DNA of 64,000 nt, taken from positions 6,806 through 70,805 of the forward strand of contig JAWCPE010000001.1 in NCBI GenBank assembly GCA_038870415.1, given 5' to 3'. The notes under the pieces were generated by a model. It did no database searches. It saw nothing but the letters and a program-made list of their open reading frames with translations, and had not been told where the DNA came from. The translations under genes were made by a program, and so were the position numbers. Shown piece by piece: positions 8,756 through 17,531 of this stretch; the first letter of the stretch is position 1; each line of letters begins with the position of its first letter. Source of the stretch: Candidatus Bathyarchaeia archaeon. GTDB lineage: Archaea; Thermoproteota; CALKCG01; B24; JAWCPE01.

Positions 8756-10294
8756 TTAGCCTGTTACGTCCTTCAAGGCTTTGAAGATTCCCTTACTCGC
8801 ATTGTAAAGCTGAAGGTAGAGGGCGTAATACCGGTCGTAGGTCTTCTTCCTTCCCAGGTCGGGCTTCGTCACCTCGCTCACCTCAAGCCATTCGTTGATG
8901 ACATGGTAGCCTTCAAGCGTCCCCGTGCCGACGCCTGCGAGCAACGCGTCCCCGAGAGGTGCACCGGGGCTTTGGGCAATGTACGTCATCGAGAGCCCAG
9001 TCACGTCGGCGAGGATGCTTCTCCAAAGCGTTGACTTCGCCCCGCCGTTCACGAGGAGAGCCCTCTTCAGCGGCATGCCCGCCGCAGCTGCCGCCTCTAG
9101 GCTGTACCTAAGAGCGTACGCGATGCCCTCAAGGAATGCGCGGAAGATATGCGCCCTTGTATGGTATAGGGTCAGTCCTATCAGGCATCCTCGGACGTAG
9201 TCGTCCCAGTAAGGGGCCCTCTCGCCGACCATCATGTGAGGCAGAAAGATCAACCCCTCTGAGCCCGCAGGGACCTTCTCCGCCTCTAGGTCGAGGATAG
9301 CGTAGGCGCTCAGGTCTAGGTCCTGAGCTATCTTCGCCTCCACCTTGCCCAGTTGGTCTCGGAACCATCTGACGCAGTAGCCGGCCGTGACGATGCCCGC
9401 GAACGAGTAGAGCGCCTCCCGGTCATCTGCCACGTAAGGGTAGTTCACAAGCTGCGGCGAAAGCCTAGGTTGCCGGCTGATGAAACCGTTGCACATCGAC
9501 GTGCCGAGCATCGATGCTAGGTCGCCGTCCTCGAGCGCTCCGACGCTGAGGGCGCTCACAGGCGCATCTATGCCGCCGGCGGAGACCGGCGTGCCCCTCT
9601 TAAGCCCTGTCAGCCTTGAACCCTCCTCGGTGAGCTCGCCGACGACCTCCTTGGACATCGAGAGCCTCTCAGGGAAGAAGCTGCGCGGTATCCCGAGGGC
9701 ATCCATAGCCTCCTCGGACCAATCTCGCTTCTGTATGTCTAGGAGGCCTCCGTAGTTGCCGGCGCTTGAGAGGTCGATGGAAGGGTTGCCTGTCAGCCTG
9801 TAGATGCAGTAGGCGTTAGGCGTCATCAGCTTGTCGATGCGGCTCCACACCTTCGGCTCGTTGAACTTGATCCAAAGCATCTTCGCGTAGCCGTAGTAGG
9901 GGTCGACCACGTTCCCCGTCAGCTTGAAGAGGCGGTCTACACCTATGTTCTGCCTGACCCAGTCGCATTCAGCTGTAGCTCGACGGTCAGCCCAGATTAT
10001 GCATGGTCTAAGAGGCTTCATCTCTTTATCGCAGGGGATTCCGCTGCCGCCGTAGAGGCCGCTTATACAGAGGCCAGCCACCTCGGCGGGGTTGATCCCT
10101 GAATGCTCGACGACCGCCTTGATAGTCTTCGTCACTGCGCCAAACCAGACATCCGGCCACTGCTCCGCCCACCCAGGCCTAGGAGCTAGTACATCATACT
10201 CCTCGAATGCCGAGGAGAGGACTCTCCCATCCGTCTTCACAAGGACCGACTTAGTTCCCAGCGTCCCAATGTCGGTACCGAGCAGGTAAGCCAT
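8756..10294 (-). CDS. FGGY-family carbohydrate kinase
   Basis: LGTDIGT..TK, IWADRR, GGIDA, GERAPYWD, GGAKS.LW. Start at ATG 10294. Confidence 0.93.
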   Translation of the reverse strand: MAYLLGTDIGTLGTKSVLVKTDGRVLSSAFEEYDVLAPRPGWAEQWPDVWFGAVTKTIKAVVEHSGINPAEVAGLCISGLYGGSGIPCDKEMKPLRPCIIWADRRATAECDWVRQNIGVDRLFKLTGNVVDPYYGYAKMLWIKFNEPKVWSRIDKLMTPNAYCIYRLTGNPSIDLSSAGNYGGLLDIQKRDWSEEAMDALGIPRSFFPERLSMSKEVVGELTEEGSRLTGLKRGTPVSAGGIDAPVSALSVGALEDGDLASMLGTSMCNGFISRQPRLSPQLVNYPYVADDREALYSFAGIVTAGYCVRWFRDQLGKVEAKIAQDLDLSAYAILDLEAEKVPAGSEGLIFLPHMMVGERAPYWDDYVRGCLIGLTLYHTRAHIFRAFLEGIAYALRYSLEAAAAAGMPLKRALLVNGGAKSTLWRSILADVTGLSMTYIAQSPGAPLGDALLAGVGTGTLEGYHVINEWLEVSEVTKPDLGRKKTYDRYYALYLQLYNASKGIFKALKDVTG

Positions 10295-10489
10295 GTAGGT
10301 CACCGCCTCACAGCTCGCCCGCTGGTGACTTAAGCGTTCTTGAATGGACACGGCTAGGCAGAGAACCGTCGGGGTACCGTTACGGGTCGTCAAGCAACCT
10401 GCGACAGTCAGAGAAGAGTTAATTGGACAAGGGCTACGCTATTTAGGTAAGTAAGCCTTTCCTACGGGTAGAGATAGGTCAGGGGGGAG

Positions 10490-11089
10490 GTGCGGCTGGA
10501 GGGAGACGTGAAGAGGCTGGCGGACCTCAAGGCCAGGCTGCAGAGGAGACTTGAGAGCCTACAGCAGGAGCTTGAGGAATTGCAGCTGATAATGTTGTTT
10601 CTCGACGAAGTCTTAGCAGAACGGAGCTTTCGCCGAATAGAGGCGGCTCCTCCCTCCCCTGGAGTCTCCATGTCATCTGTCCAGACTGAGCCTCCCCAGG
10701 CGCTGGCGATGCCCACCGCATCCGTCGAGTACAGGCAGGTTATCCCGTTGAAGAGCTCAGACGGTCTGCTTCTGGGCACGATCTACGTAAGCGACGAGGA
10801 TGCAAGGATCGTTCCCTCAAGCGACCTCAAGCTGAGCATATCGATTCCTCCTTTCCAACCCTTCTTCCTGAACAGGGTGCTAGAACCGATGGCTAGGAGA
10901 GACCAAGAGGCGGCGGCTGCAGGCGACATCCAGCCAGACCGACGCTTCTCATACGAGGTTCTCGAAGAGGGAGGCATCCTAAAGGAGGTCATCATCCACA
11001 ACTACGGGGATGAAAGGAGGCTGAGGGAGGTACGAAGCTCGGCGAGGTGGACGCTGGACAAGATGTACGAGAAGACCCGCGGCTCCTAG
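10490..11089 (+). CDS. Hypothetical protein with N-terminal coiled coil
   Basis: GGAGG RBS, 199-aa ORF with a heptad-rich N-terminus, upstream of aIF2-beta. Confidence 0.75.
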   Translation: MRLEGDVKRLADLKARLQRRLESLQQELEELQLIMLFLDEVLAERSFRRIEAAPPSPGVSMSSVQTEPPQALAMPTASVEYRQVIPLKSSDGLLLGTIYVSDEDARIVPSSDLKLSISIPPFQPFFLNRVLEPMARRDQEAAAAGDIQPDRRFSYEVLEEGGILKEVIIHNYGDERRLREVRSSARWTLDKMYEKTRGS

Positions 11090-11171
11090 CCTGCCTCGTT
11101 CTCGAGGTGAGCCGTTAAATAACAGGGGATGAAGTACAGCTGGTCAAAGCGGACTGAGGCTGGAGAGAAAC

Positions 11172-11588
11172 GTGACTGAACGGAGAACGTACAACGAGAT
11201 GCTTGAGGCTGCGTACGCGAAGCTCCCAGTCCTCGGAGGCACCGGGGAGCGGTTTGAGACACCGAAGGCCATTATCTCCTCTGTGGGCAACCGGACTTTC
11301 ATCCAGAACTTCAAGGAGATCTGCGACCGGCTCAACCGCGACCCAAACCACGTACTAAGGTTCCTTTCAAGAGAGCTTGCCACAGCCGGCTCATGGAAAG
11401 AGAATTACGCTGTCTTTCAAGGAAGGTTCCTCTCCGAGGGAATCCAGAGGCTCATCAGCCGGTACGTGTCAGACTTCGTCACATGCCCGGTCTGCAAGAG
11501 GCCAGATACAAGGATTGAGAAGCAGGGAAGGTTCTCGTTCCTGGCCTGCGAGGCATGCGGCGCAAGGTCAGCCGTAAGGAGTGTCTAG
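11172..11588 (+). CDS. eif2b: Translation initiation factor aIF-2 beta
   Basis: ERFETP, NFKEICDRLNRDP, ELATAG, zinc ribbon CPVCKRPDT...CEACGA. Confidence 0.96.
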   Translation: MTERRTYNEMLEAAYAKLPVLGGTGERFETPKAIISSVGNRTFIQNFKEICDRLNRDPNHVLRFLSRELATAGSWKENYAVFQGRFLSEGIQRLISRYVSDFVTCPVCKRPDTRIEKQGRFSFLACEACGARSAVRSV

Positions 11589-11590
11589 CC

Positions 11591-11890
11591 ATGACGGATG
11601 TCTATCTCAACGTCATCAGGCATGGCCGCCACGTTCTCGTCGCGGCATGCGACGCCGAGATCCTCGGCCGGACGCTACGCAATGGAAAGGTCGAGTTCTA
11701 CGTCAACGAGAAGTTCTACAAGGGAGACAAGGTAGGCTTAGACGAGGCGATCCAGCTCATAAGAGATGCTACGTCCGCGAACCTCGTTGGGAACAACCTT
11801 GTACGGAGGGCCACCCTGGAGGGACTGGTTCACCCCCAAGCGATCGCTGTCATCTCAGGCGTCCCCCACGCCCAGATCGTCAAGCTGTAA
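11591..11890 (+). CDS. DUF424 family protein
   Basis: LVAACDAEILG, FYKG, ANLVGN, GVPHAQ; typical neighbour of aIF2-beta. Confidence 0.88.
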   Translation: MTDVYLNVIRHGRHVLVAACDAEILGRTLRNGKVEFYVNEKFYKGDKVGLDEAIQLIRDATSANLVGNNLVRRATLEGLVHPQAIAVISGVPHAQIVKL

Positions 11891-11987
11891 AGCAGACAGC
11901 CACCTGACCTGTCGCGGCGGTACTCTCCCGTTTTCATGAGAGGTGCACGGTAACAGGGTTGCCGTGCGGAATCCGGGGTCTTCTGTT

Positions 11988-12929
11988 CTAGACGGCTCCT
12001 AGGACTAGGCTGAGAAGCGTCATCCTTGTCAGGAGCCCGTAGTAGACCTGTTTGAAGTACCGTGCATGAGCTGTCGAGTCTACTTCAGGGGAGATCTCGT
12101 CTATCCTCGGCAGGGGATGCATGATGATCGCGTTAGGCCTCATAGCTCGAGCGGTTCCACCGTCTATCCTGAAGGAGCCTTGAACCTTCAGGTACTCCGA
12201 CGGGTCGGCGAAGCGTTCCTTCTGGATGCGCGTCACGTAGAGCACGTCCAGCTCAGGCAACACCTCGTTGAGGTCGCTCACCTCAGAGACTGGTATGCGG
12301 TCTTTGATATGCTCGACGACCTCACGTCTCATCTTGAGCAGTTCCGGCGAGATCAGGTACAGTTTAACCTTATACATCGACAGAGCGGTGGCGAGCGAGT
12401 GCGTCGTCCGCCCGTACCGGAGGTCCCCTAGAAGCCCTACGGTAAGCCCGTCGATGCGTCCCATCTCGCTCTTCATCGTGTAGAGGTCGAGCATCGCCTG
12501 CGTCGGGTGCTCCTGAGCCCCTGACCCAGCGTTGATAACGGGCACGTCCACCATCTCTGCGGCCAGCTGCGCAGCGCCCTCCGAGGGATGACGTAAAGCG
12601 ATGACGTCAACGTAGTTCTCTACTACCCGTACGGTGTCAGCGAGGTTCTCACCCTTCTCAACGGAACTGAGCCGGGGCTCACCCATGTCCAAGGTTAGGC
12701 CGCCGAGCTTCTTCATCGCCGCCTCGAAGCTGAGCCTCGTCCTCGTGCTTGGCTCAAAGAAGAGGGTTGCCAGCGTCCTACCCCTCAAAAGGTCAGGATG
12801 CTGCTTCGCGAGGCTCTCGATCCCGTCCGTCGCGGAAAGGATGCAGTCTAGTTCTTCTCGAGTGAAGTCTCTGATCGAGATTATATCCCTTCCCCTGAGG
12901 CCCCCCACCGATGCATTCCCCTTACCCAC
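11988..12929 (-). CDS. pyrB: Aspartate carbamoyltransferase catalytic subunit
   Basis: FFEPSTRTRLSFE, HPTQ, RIQKERF, HPLPR. Confidence 0.97.
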   Translation of the reverse strand: MGKGNASVGGLRGRDIISIRDFTREELDCILSATDGIESLAKQHPDLLRGRTLATLFFEPSTRTRLSFEAAMKKLGGLTLDMGEPRLSSVEKGENLADTVRVVENYVDVIALRHPSEGAAQLAAEMVDVPVINAGSGAQEHPTQAMLDLYTMKSEMGRIDGLTVGLLGDLRYGRTTHSLATALSMYKVKLYLISPELLKMRREVVEHIKDRIPVSEVSDLNEVLPELDVLYVTRIQKERFADPSEYLKVQGSFRIDGGTARAMRPNAIIMHPLPRIDEISPEVDSTAHARYFKQVYYGLLTRMTLLSLVLGAV

Positions 12930-13034
12930 AGCTAACCCGTTGACTAAAAAGGCTTAACCGTGGTCTCGACGCAGCGAGCAACGCTTTAGTGTGCGAGCCA
13001 TGCTCAAAGGGTCTGGTTGGCTGAAGGTGTCAGG

Positions 13035-13502
13035 ATGAGCGGTGGGGAGGAACTGAGGATCCGGAAGATCGAGGAGGGAACCGTCATCGACCATATCCCT
13101 GCAGGGTACGCGTTGGCTGTTCTCAGGATCTTAGGCATAACCGGAAGGGAAGGCATGGAGGTGAGCGTCGCGATGAACGTTCCCAGCTTAAAGCTCGGTC
13201 GGAAGGACATCGTCAAGATCGAGAAGAAGGAGCTCAGGCCTCAGGAGGTTGACAAGATAGCGTTGATCGCGCCGAGGGCCACTATCAACATCATCAAGGG
13301 GTACGCGGTACACGAGAAGCAGAGGGTGAAGCTTCCGCCGAGCATCGTGAACGTTGTGCGGTGCGCGAACCCGGCGTGCATCTCGAACAGTCGAGAGCCT
13401 ATCAAGCCTACCTTCCGCGTCAAGAGCGACGAGCCGCTACTTCTGGAATGCCACTACTGCCACAGGGTGATGGAGAAAGAGGATGTCGTGAAGCAGTTCT
13501 GA
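13035..13502 (+). CDS. pyrI: Aspartate carbamoyltransferase regulatory subunit
   Basis: GTVIDHI, KDIVKIE, C.NP.CIS...C.YC zinc site. Confidence 0.96.
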   Translation: MSGGEELRIRKIEEGTVIDHIPAGYALAVLRILGITGREGMEVSVAMNVPSLKLGRKDIVKIEKKELRPQEVDKIALIAPRATINIIKGYAVHEKQRVKLPPSIVNVVRCANPACISNSREPIKPTFRVKSDEPLLLECHYCHRVMEKEDVVKQF

Positions 13503-13544
13503 CCAACCGGCACTATCGAGCCGGGCATCGTCCCTGTGTAAACG

Positions 13545-15854
13545 TCAGATTCCAGAGAGTTCCTCAGCGGAGTACCTTCTCCTCGTGTTCAGAGCGGCTA
13601 GACGTGCCCCCGTCCAGTGGCGAAGGGGAAGGTACCGCGTCGAAGCCCTCCCGTAGGTTGTCAAGCCAGCGGAGCTGCCGCAGTTAGGGCATCGCTTAAC
13701 TAAGCCCGTCATTCTCAGTCGGCAGCGGGCACACCAAGTCACTAGACGAGAGTAGGCAAAGAGGCCGACAGCGTACTTCTCGATGATCTTCGCCGTGGCG
13801 GTCATCATGGCGTCCTTGTCAACCTCTTCATCTACCTCGAGAAGGGTCAGATGCCCGCCTCTGCTGTGGCTGCTCAGCGCGGCTTCAGCTGTAAGCCTAT
13901 CGCTAAGCGGGATATCGGCTTCAAGCGGGAGAACCGTGACGCTGGTGTAGTACGGAGCCCTAGGCCCCGTCCTTCCCCCAGCTGCGACTTGGCCATGCTC
14001 CTCGTAATCCAACTTCGCGAGCCTCTCGGCCGCTTCGGCACCAGCGATCTGAGTCAAGACGACCTCCTCACCGACCTCCTTACTGCGGTCAGAGAGGAGC
14101 CTCGCCATGCTCCGTAGACAGTGTTCAGCAAAGGAGCTGGAGCTTGAGGTCTCATGAATGTGGTTTCCTGTTTGCAGCACGGTCGCCTCATCTAATCCGA
14201 CGAAGCTCACGGCCATAACTACCTCGTCGAATCTACAGGGAGCTTCGCCGTTCCCCCCAAAGAGGAAAGGCAGGAGGTTGCCTTTGATCCGTTCATACAG
14301 GGCTCTGTGACGGACCGCGAGGGCCTCTAGGGCAAGGCTTACGGAGCTCTCAAGCTCAGCTTCAAAGGCACCTTCGTCCCCGCGGGAGAGACAGGCGATC
14401 CTAGGCAGGTCAAGGACTACGCCTCCTACGTAGGGTCGACCGAACTCGCCGTTTCCGGCTGAGGGAAAGCAGGCTCCGTCAGGCGTGTAAGCCCTGTTCT
14501 CCGCCCCTCCTGTCAGGTTGGCGAACAACACGGTACCCGCGTGAGAGGCAAGCCTGTGGGCGAGCTGGAACGGCTCATCCCAGCGGGTGGCGCTCATCCT
14601 AGATCGCAGCTTCAGGATGGGTACTGTGTCGAAGAGGGGCACGCATGCAGGTCCAGGGTTTAACGCCTTCAGAAGGGCGGTTGCAACTCTGCGCGCTTCA
14701 TCTTCGTGCTCGCCCCAGCTCCCCAGGGCTTTCCCGGCCCTCTCCTCAACGATGCCCTTAGGGATTTCCAACTCGAGCCCTATCGCTAGGCCCCCGGCGA
14801 GGTCGGGGCCAGCAGAGAGCTTGGCGAGGTCGATGAGGAACTCTCTAAGAGCCTCCTCTAAATCCTCATCGGAGGTACCGCGGGCGTAAGGTGCCAGCCA
14901 CACGTTGAACATGTCTAGGCTCTGTCCAGCGTTTACCTCCGGCCTGAAGGCTTCCAAGGCCTTTGACAGTCGCCTCAACGCAGACCTAAGCGACCGCGAT
15001 GGTTCGAATGGAATCGCGCTGAGCCCCTGTGCGACGCGGTTGCTTCCCTCCGCGACGAGTTGAGGCAGTTGGAGCAGCGCGTAGTCGGGCTTCAAGATGT
15101 ACGTTCCGAGGTTCTCGATGTGGATGCGGCCTGAGAGGTGGGCGTCTGCCACCTGCCTCGGTAGGGCTTTCAGCAGGACGTACTCCCTCAGCACTGAGTC
15201 GGCTGCCTCTTCTCGGACGGCTTCGCTGTTCAGTCCAGCCTCGCTCTTGGCCTGGATAAGCTTGGTGACGTCGTGCACAGGGAGCCCTAGCCTCGTCAGG
15301 CGGTGCCGGTACTCCTCAAGTCCCTTCTCGATGAGGACGGCGTTGACTATCTCGCGGATCAAGGGAGCTGTGAGATACCGGACCTCCAAGCCGAGAAGCC
15401 GGTCTTCCACCTCGCGTGCGACCTGCTCTGCAAGGTCGAGAGGCATCTGAGCCTCGTCTACGAGGGCTTTTACGATTCTTCCCCTTTCGAACTCCTCTAT
15501 TGCCAGCCTCGAGGTTCTCACGAGGAGTCTGCCCGCCTTCTTCAACGCGTCCTCGTCCAGTTCCTGTGCGAACTCGACGAGCTTCACGCCCATCTCTGTG
15601 AGCCTGTACTTCCTAGTCCTCCTGTCGGCCTCCACCAGACGCGCCCTCTGGACGCTCCTCAAATGGTAGGCGAACCGCCCGGTCTGCTTCTCCGGGTCCA
15701 ACCCCATCTTTTGCATGATCTCGCTGTAGGTCATGGGGCCGCGTAGGTGGAGCAGACGTAGGATCTCAAGCCTGATGGGCGACGAGGAGGCGCTGAAGAC
15801 CCTGACCCCAGCCCTCCTCCTGAACGCCTGAGTCATAGTCATGGACAGAGACAC
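13545..15854 (-). CDS. ArsR-HTH + ATP-cone + degenerate class III RNR (NrdD-like) fusion, probably catalytically inactive
   Basis: SSPIRLEILRLL...FAYHLRS (wHTH); VRTSRLAIEEFERGRI...LIREIVNAVL (ATP cone); AHLSGRIHI, CARC..CPNC. The radical loop reads YGRASTRYLP with no Gly at the radical position. Confidence 0.85.
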   Translation of the reverse strand: MSLSMTMTQAFRRRAGVRVFSASSSPIRLEILRLLHLRGPMTYSEIMQKMGLDPEKQTGRFAYHLRSVQRARLVEADRRTRKYRLTEMGVKLVEFAQELDEDALKKAGRLLVRTSRLAIEEFERGRIVKALVDEAQMPLDLAEQVAREVEDRLLGLEVRYLTAPLIREIVNAVLIEKGLEEYRHRLTRLGLPVHDVTKLIQAKSEAGLNSEAVREEAADSVLREYVLLKALPRQVADAHLSGRIHIENLGTYILKPDYALLQLPQLVAEGSNRVAQGLSAIPFEPSRSLRSALRRLSKALEAFRPEVNAGQSLDMFNVWLAPYARGTSDEDLEEALREFLIDLAKLSAGPDLAGGLAIGLELEIPKGIVEERAGKALGSWGEHEDEARRVATALLKALNPGPACVPLFDTVPILKLRSRMSATRWDEPFQLAHRLASHAGTVLFANLTGGAENRAYTPDGACFPSAGNGEFGRPYVGGVVLDLPRIACLSRGDEGAFEAELESSVSLALEALAVRHRALYERIKGNLLPFLFGGNGEAPCRFDEVVMAVSFVGLDEATVLQTGNHIHETSSSSSFAEHCLRSMARLLSDRSKEVGEEVVLTQIAGAEAAERLAKLDYEEHGQVAAGGRTGPRAPYYTSVTVLPLEADIPLSDRLTAEAALSSHSRGGHLTLLEVDEEVDKDAMMTATAKIIEKYAVGLFAYSRLVTWCARCRLRMTGLVKRCPNCGSSAGLTTYGRASTRYLPLRHWTGARLAALNTRRRYSAEELSGI

Positions 15855-16025
15855 CTAGGGCTCTAGAAACTATCCTTTGAGCCTATAAAAACGCGGAGCA
15901 ATGCTGCAATGAGAGGACACGGCCTAAGCGCGCTCTCAGAGCTAGACCCTACATATGCGGCTGAGGGGCGATCCGAGATACTCCCCCGGGGACGGCTCTA
16001 TGCTCAGCCTCCTAGTGGGAGCTGT

Positions 16026-17531
16026 TCAACTCATCTCTTTCCATGCTCTGTAGGTGCCGTAGTCCACGTACTCCCTCTTGGGGTTCTCTATCTGTTCCCG
16101 GACCGTTATCGACCTAAGCCTCTTCTCAAGGATGAGGTCGGTGACTGTGAAGACGTAGGATTCGCTCCCTGCCCCCGACCCGTAACTGGTGGCCAGTATC
16201 CTATCTCCGGGCTTAGCGATGTCGAGTACGGCGGCGAGAGCTGTCAAGCAGGAGCCGGAATATAGGTTCCCGATCTTCTCCACTACTAGGCCTGGCTCTA
16301 CCTGTTCTCTCTGGAAGCCCATCTCGAGGGCTGCCGCGAGCGGGTACCGTGCGTTCGGAGAGTGATTCACGACGTACGCGAAGTCGCGTGGCCCCAGCCC
16401 GCTCTGCTTCAGCACGTTGCTCATCGCGGTCGTCACATGCTTGAAGTAGGCGGGTTTCCCAGTGAACCTACCGCCGTGCCGGGGGTACTTCTCCCCATCC
16501 CTGCGGTAGAAGTCCGCGGTATCGGACGTGTACGGCGCGTAATGGTCGAGGGTCGCGATGACTCCATGTTCGCCGAAGATGAACGCGGCGGCGCCAGCGC
16601 CAACGGTGGAGTCGAGGGCGTCGTGGGGTGCTGCCTGCGAGTTGTCTGAGCCGATGACCATAACGTTAGAGCCGGCGAAGACAGGGTAGGCTACGAGAGC
16701 CGCGGCGTCTATGAACAGATCCGTAGCAGCCTTGCAGGCGAACTGCGTATCTACACCGCCCGACATGAAACCGTCCTCGTACTTCTCACCCAGCTCAAGG
16801 GACTGACAGACCGTAGACATCGAAGGCTTCACCGCGTAAGGCGTAGACTCGGAGCCAAGGAAACACTTCTTCACATCCCTGCTCTTGATGCCTGCGTGGA
16901 TCAGCGCTCTGCGCCCCGCCTCGACGGCGAAGGTGGCTGTATCTTCGTCCTGGAAGGGAACCGTCCTCTCCTCGACTCCTCCGCTCGACGCGGGGTCTTC
17001 GTTCCTCACCCGGAACTTGGGCAGATAGACGCCGTATCCGACGATCCCTGGCCGAGATTTCTCATGAGCCTCCTTCACTTCGCATACCGGAGGGAACTGG
17101 CGGTAGTAGTCGTCCGCGAAAGAGAAGTTGAGGCTTGAGTAGGAGACGATGCCGCTTCCGCCGTTCGCGTAGAGCCTCCTAAACCTGGGGACAACTTCCC
17201 GACCGATGAGGTCGGAGATGTCCACCTCAACTTCGCCGGGGAGCTGGTCCGTGATCCGTCCGGGCACCTTGAGGGCGCCATCGTCGAAGCTCACTATCCC
17301 AACGAGGAATGAGGAGAAGTGACTGAACCTGTTCGTGGGTTTCCGGACCACGGTACCTGTGTAGAGGACGCCTGTGCTCTCGAAGTAGTCGAGGTAGCTC
17401 ATCTTGCTGCTTCTACCTTCCACGTTGCAGAACGATTTCGGCGGGAAGTACGTTGCGCCGCAGTTTTCGCACTTCGCGGCCGTTATCCTGTAGTCGATGA
17501 GCGTCTTCCTTCTGATCGTGGCTTCGCTCAT
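16026..17531 (-). CDS. Hydroxymethylglutaryl-CoA synthase with N-terminal DUF35 (Zn-ribbon/OB) fusion
   Basis: N-terminal CENCGATYFPPKSFC and OB strands ..PRFRRL, then HMGCS GIVGYGVYLP, GSES.PYAVKP, FACKAAT, GRFTG.PAYFKH, GN.YSGS, SYGSGAG. Confidence 0.92.
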   Translation of the reverse strand: MSEATIRRKTLIDYRITAAKCENCGATYFPPKSFCNVEGRSSKMSYLDYFESTGVLYTGTVVRKPTNRFSHFSSFLVGIVSFDDGALKVPGRITDQLPGEVEVDISDLIGREVVPRFRRLYANGGSGIVSYSSLNFSFADDYYRQFPPVCEVKEAHEKSRPGIVGYGVYLPKFRVRNEDPASSGGVEERTVPFQDEDTATFAVEAGRRALIHAGIKSRDVKKCFLGSESTPYAVKPSMSTVCQSLELGEKYEDGFMSGGVDTQFACKAATDLFIDAAALVAYPVFAGSNVMVIGSDNSQAAPHDALDSTVGAGAAAFIFGEHGVIATLDHYAPYTSDTADFYRRDGEKYPRHGGRFTGKPAYFKHVTTAMSNVLKQSGLGPRDFAYVVNHSPNARYPLAAALEMGFQREQVEPGLVVEKIGNLYSGSCLTALAAVLDIAKPGDRILATSYGSGAGSESYVFTVTDLILEKRLRSITVREQIENPKREYVDYGTYRAWKEMS

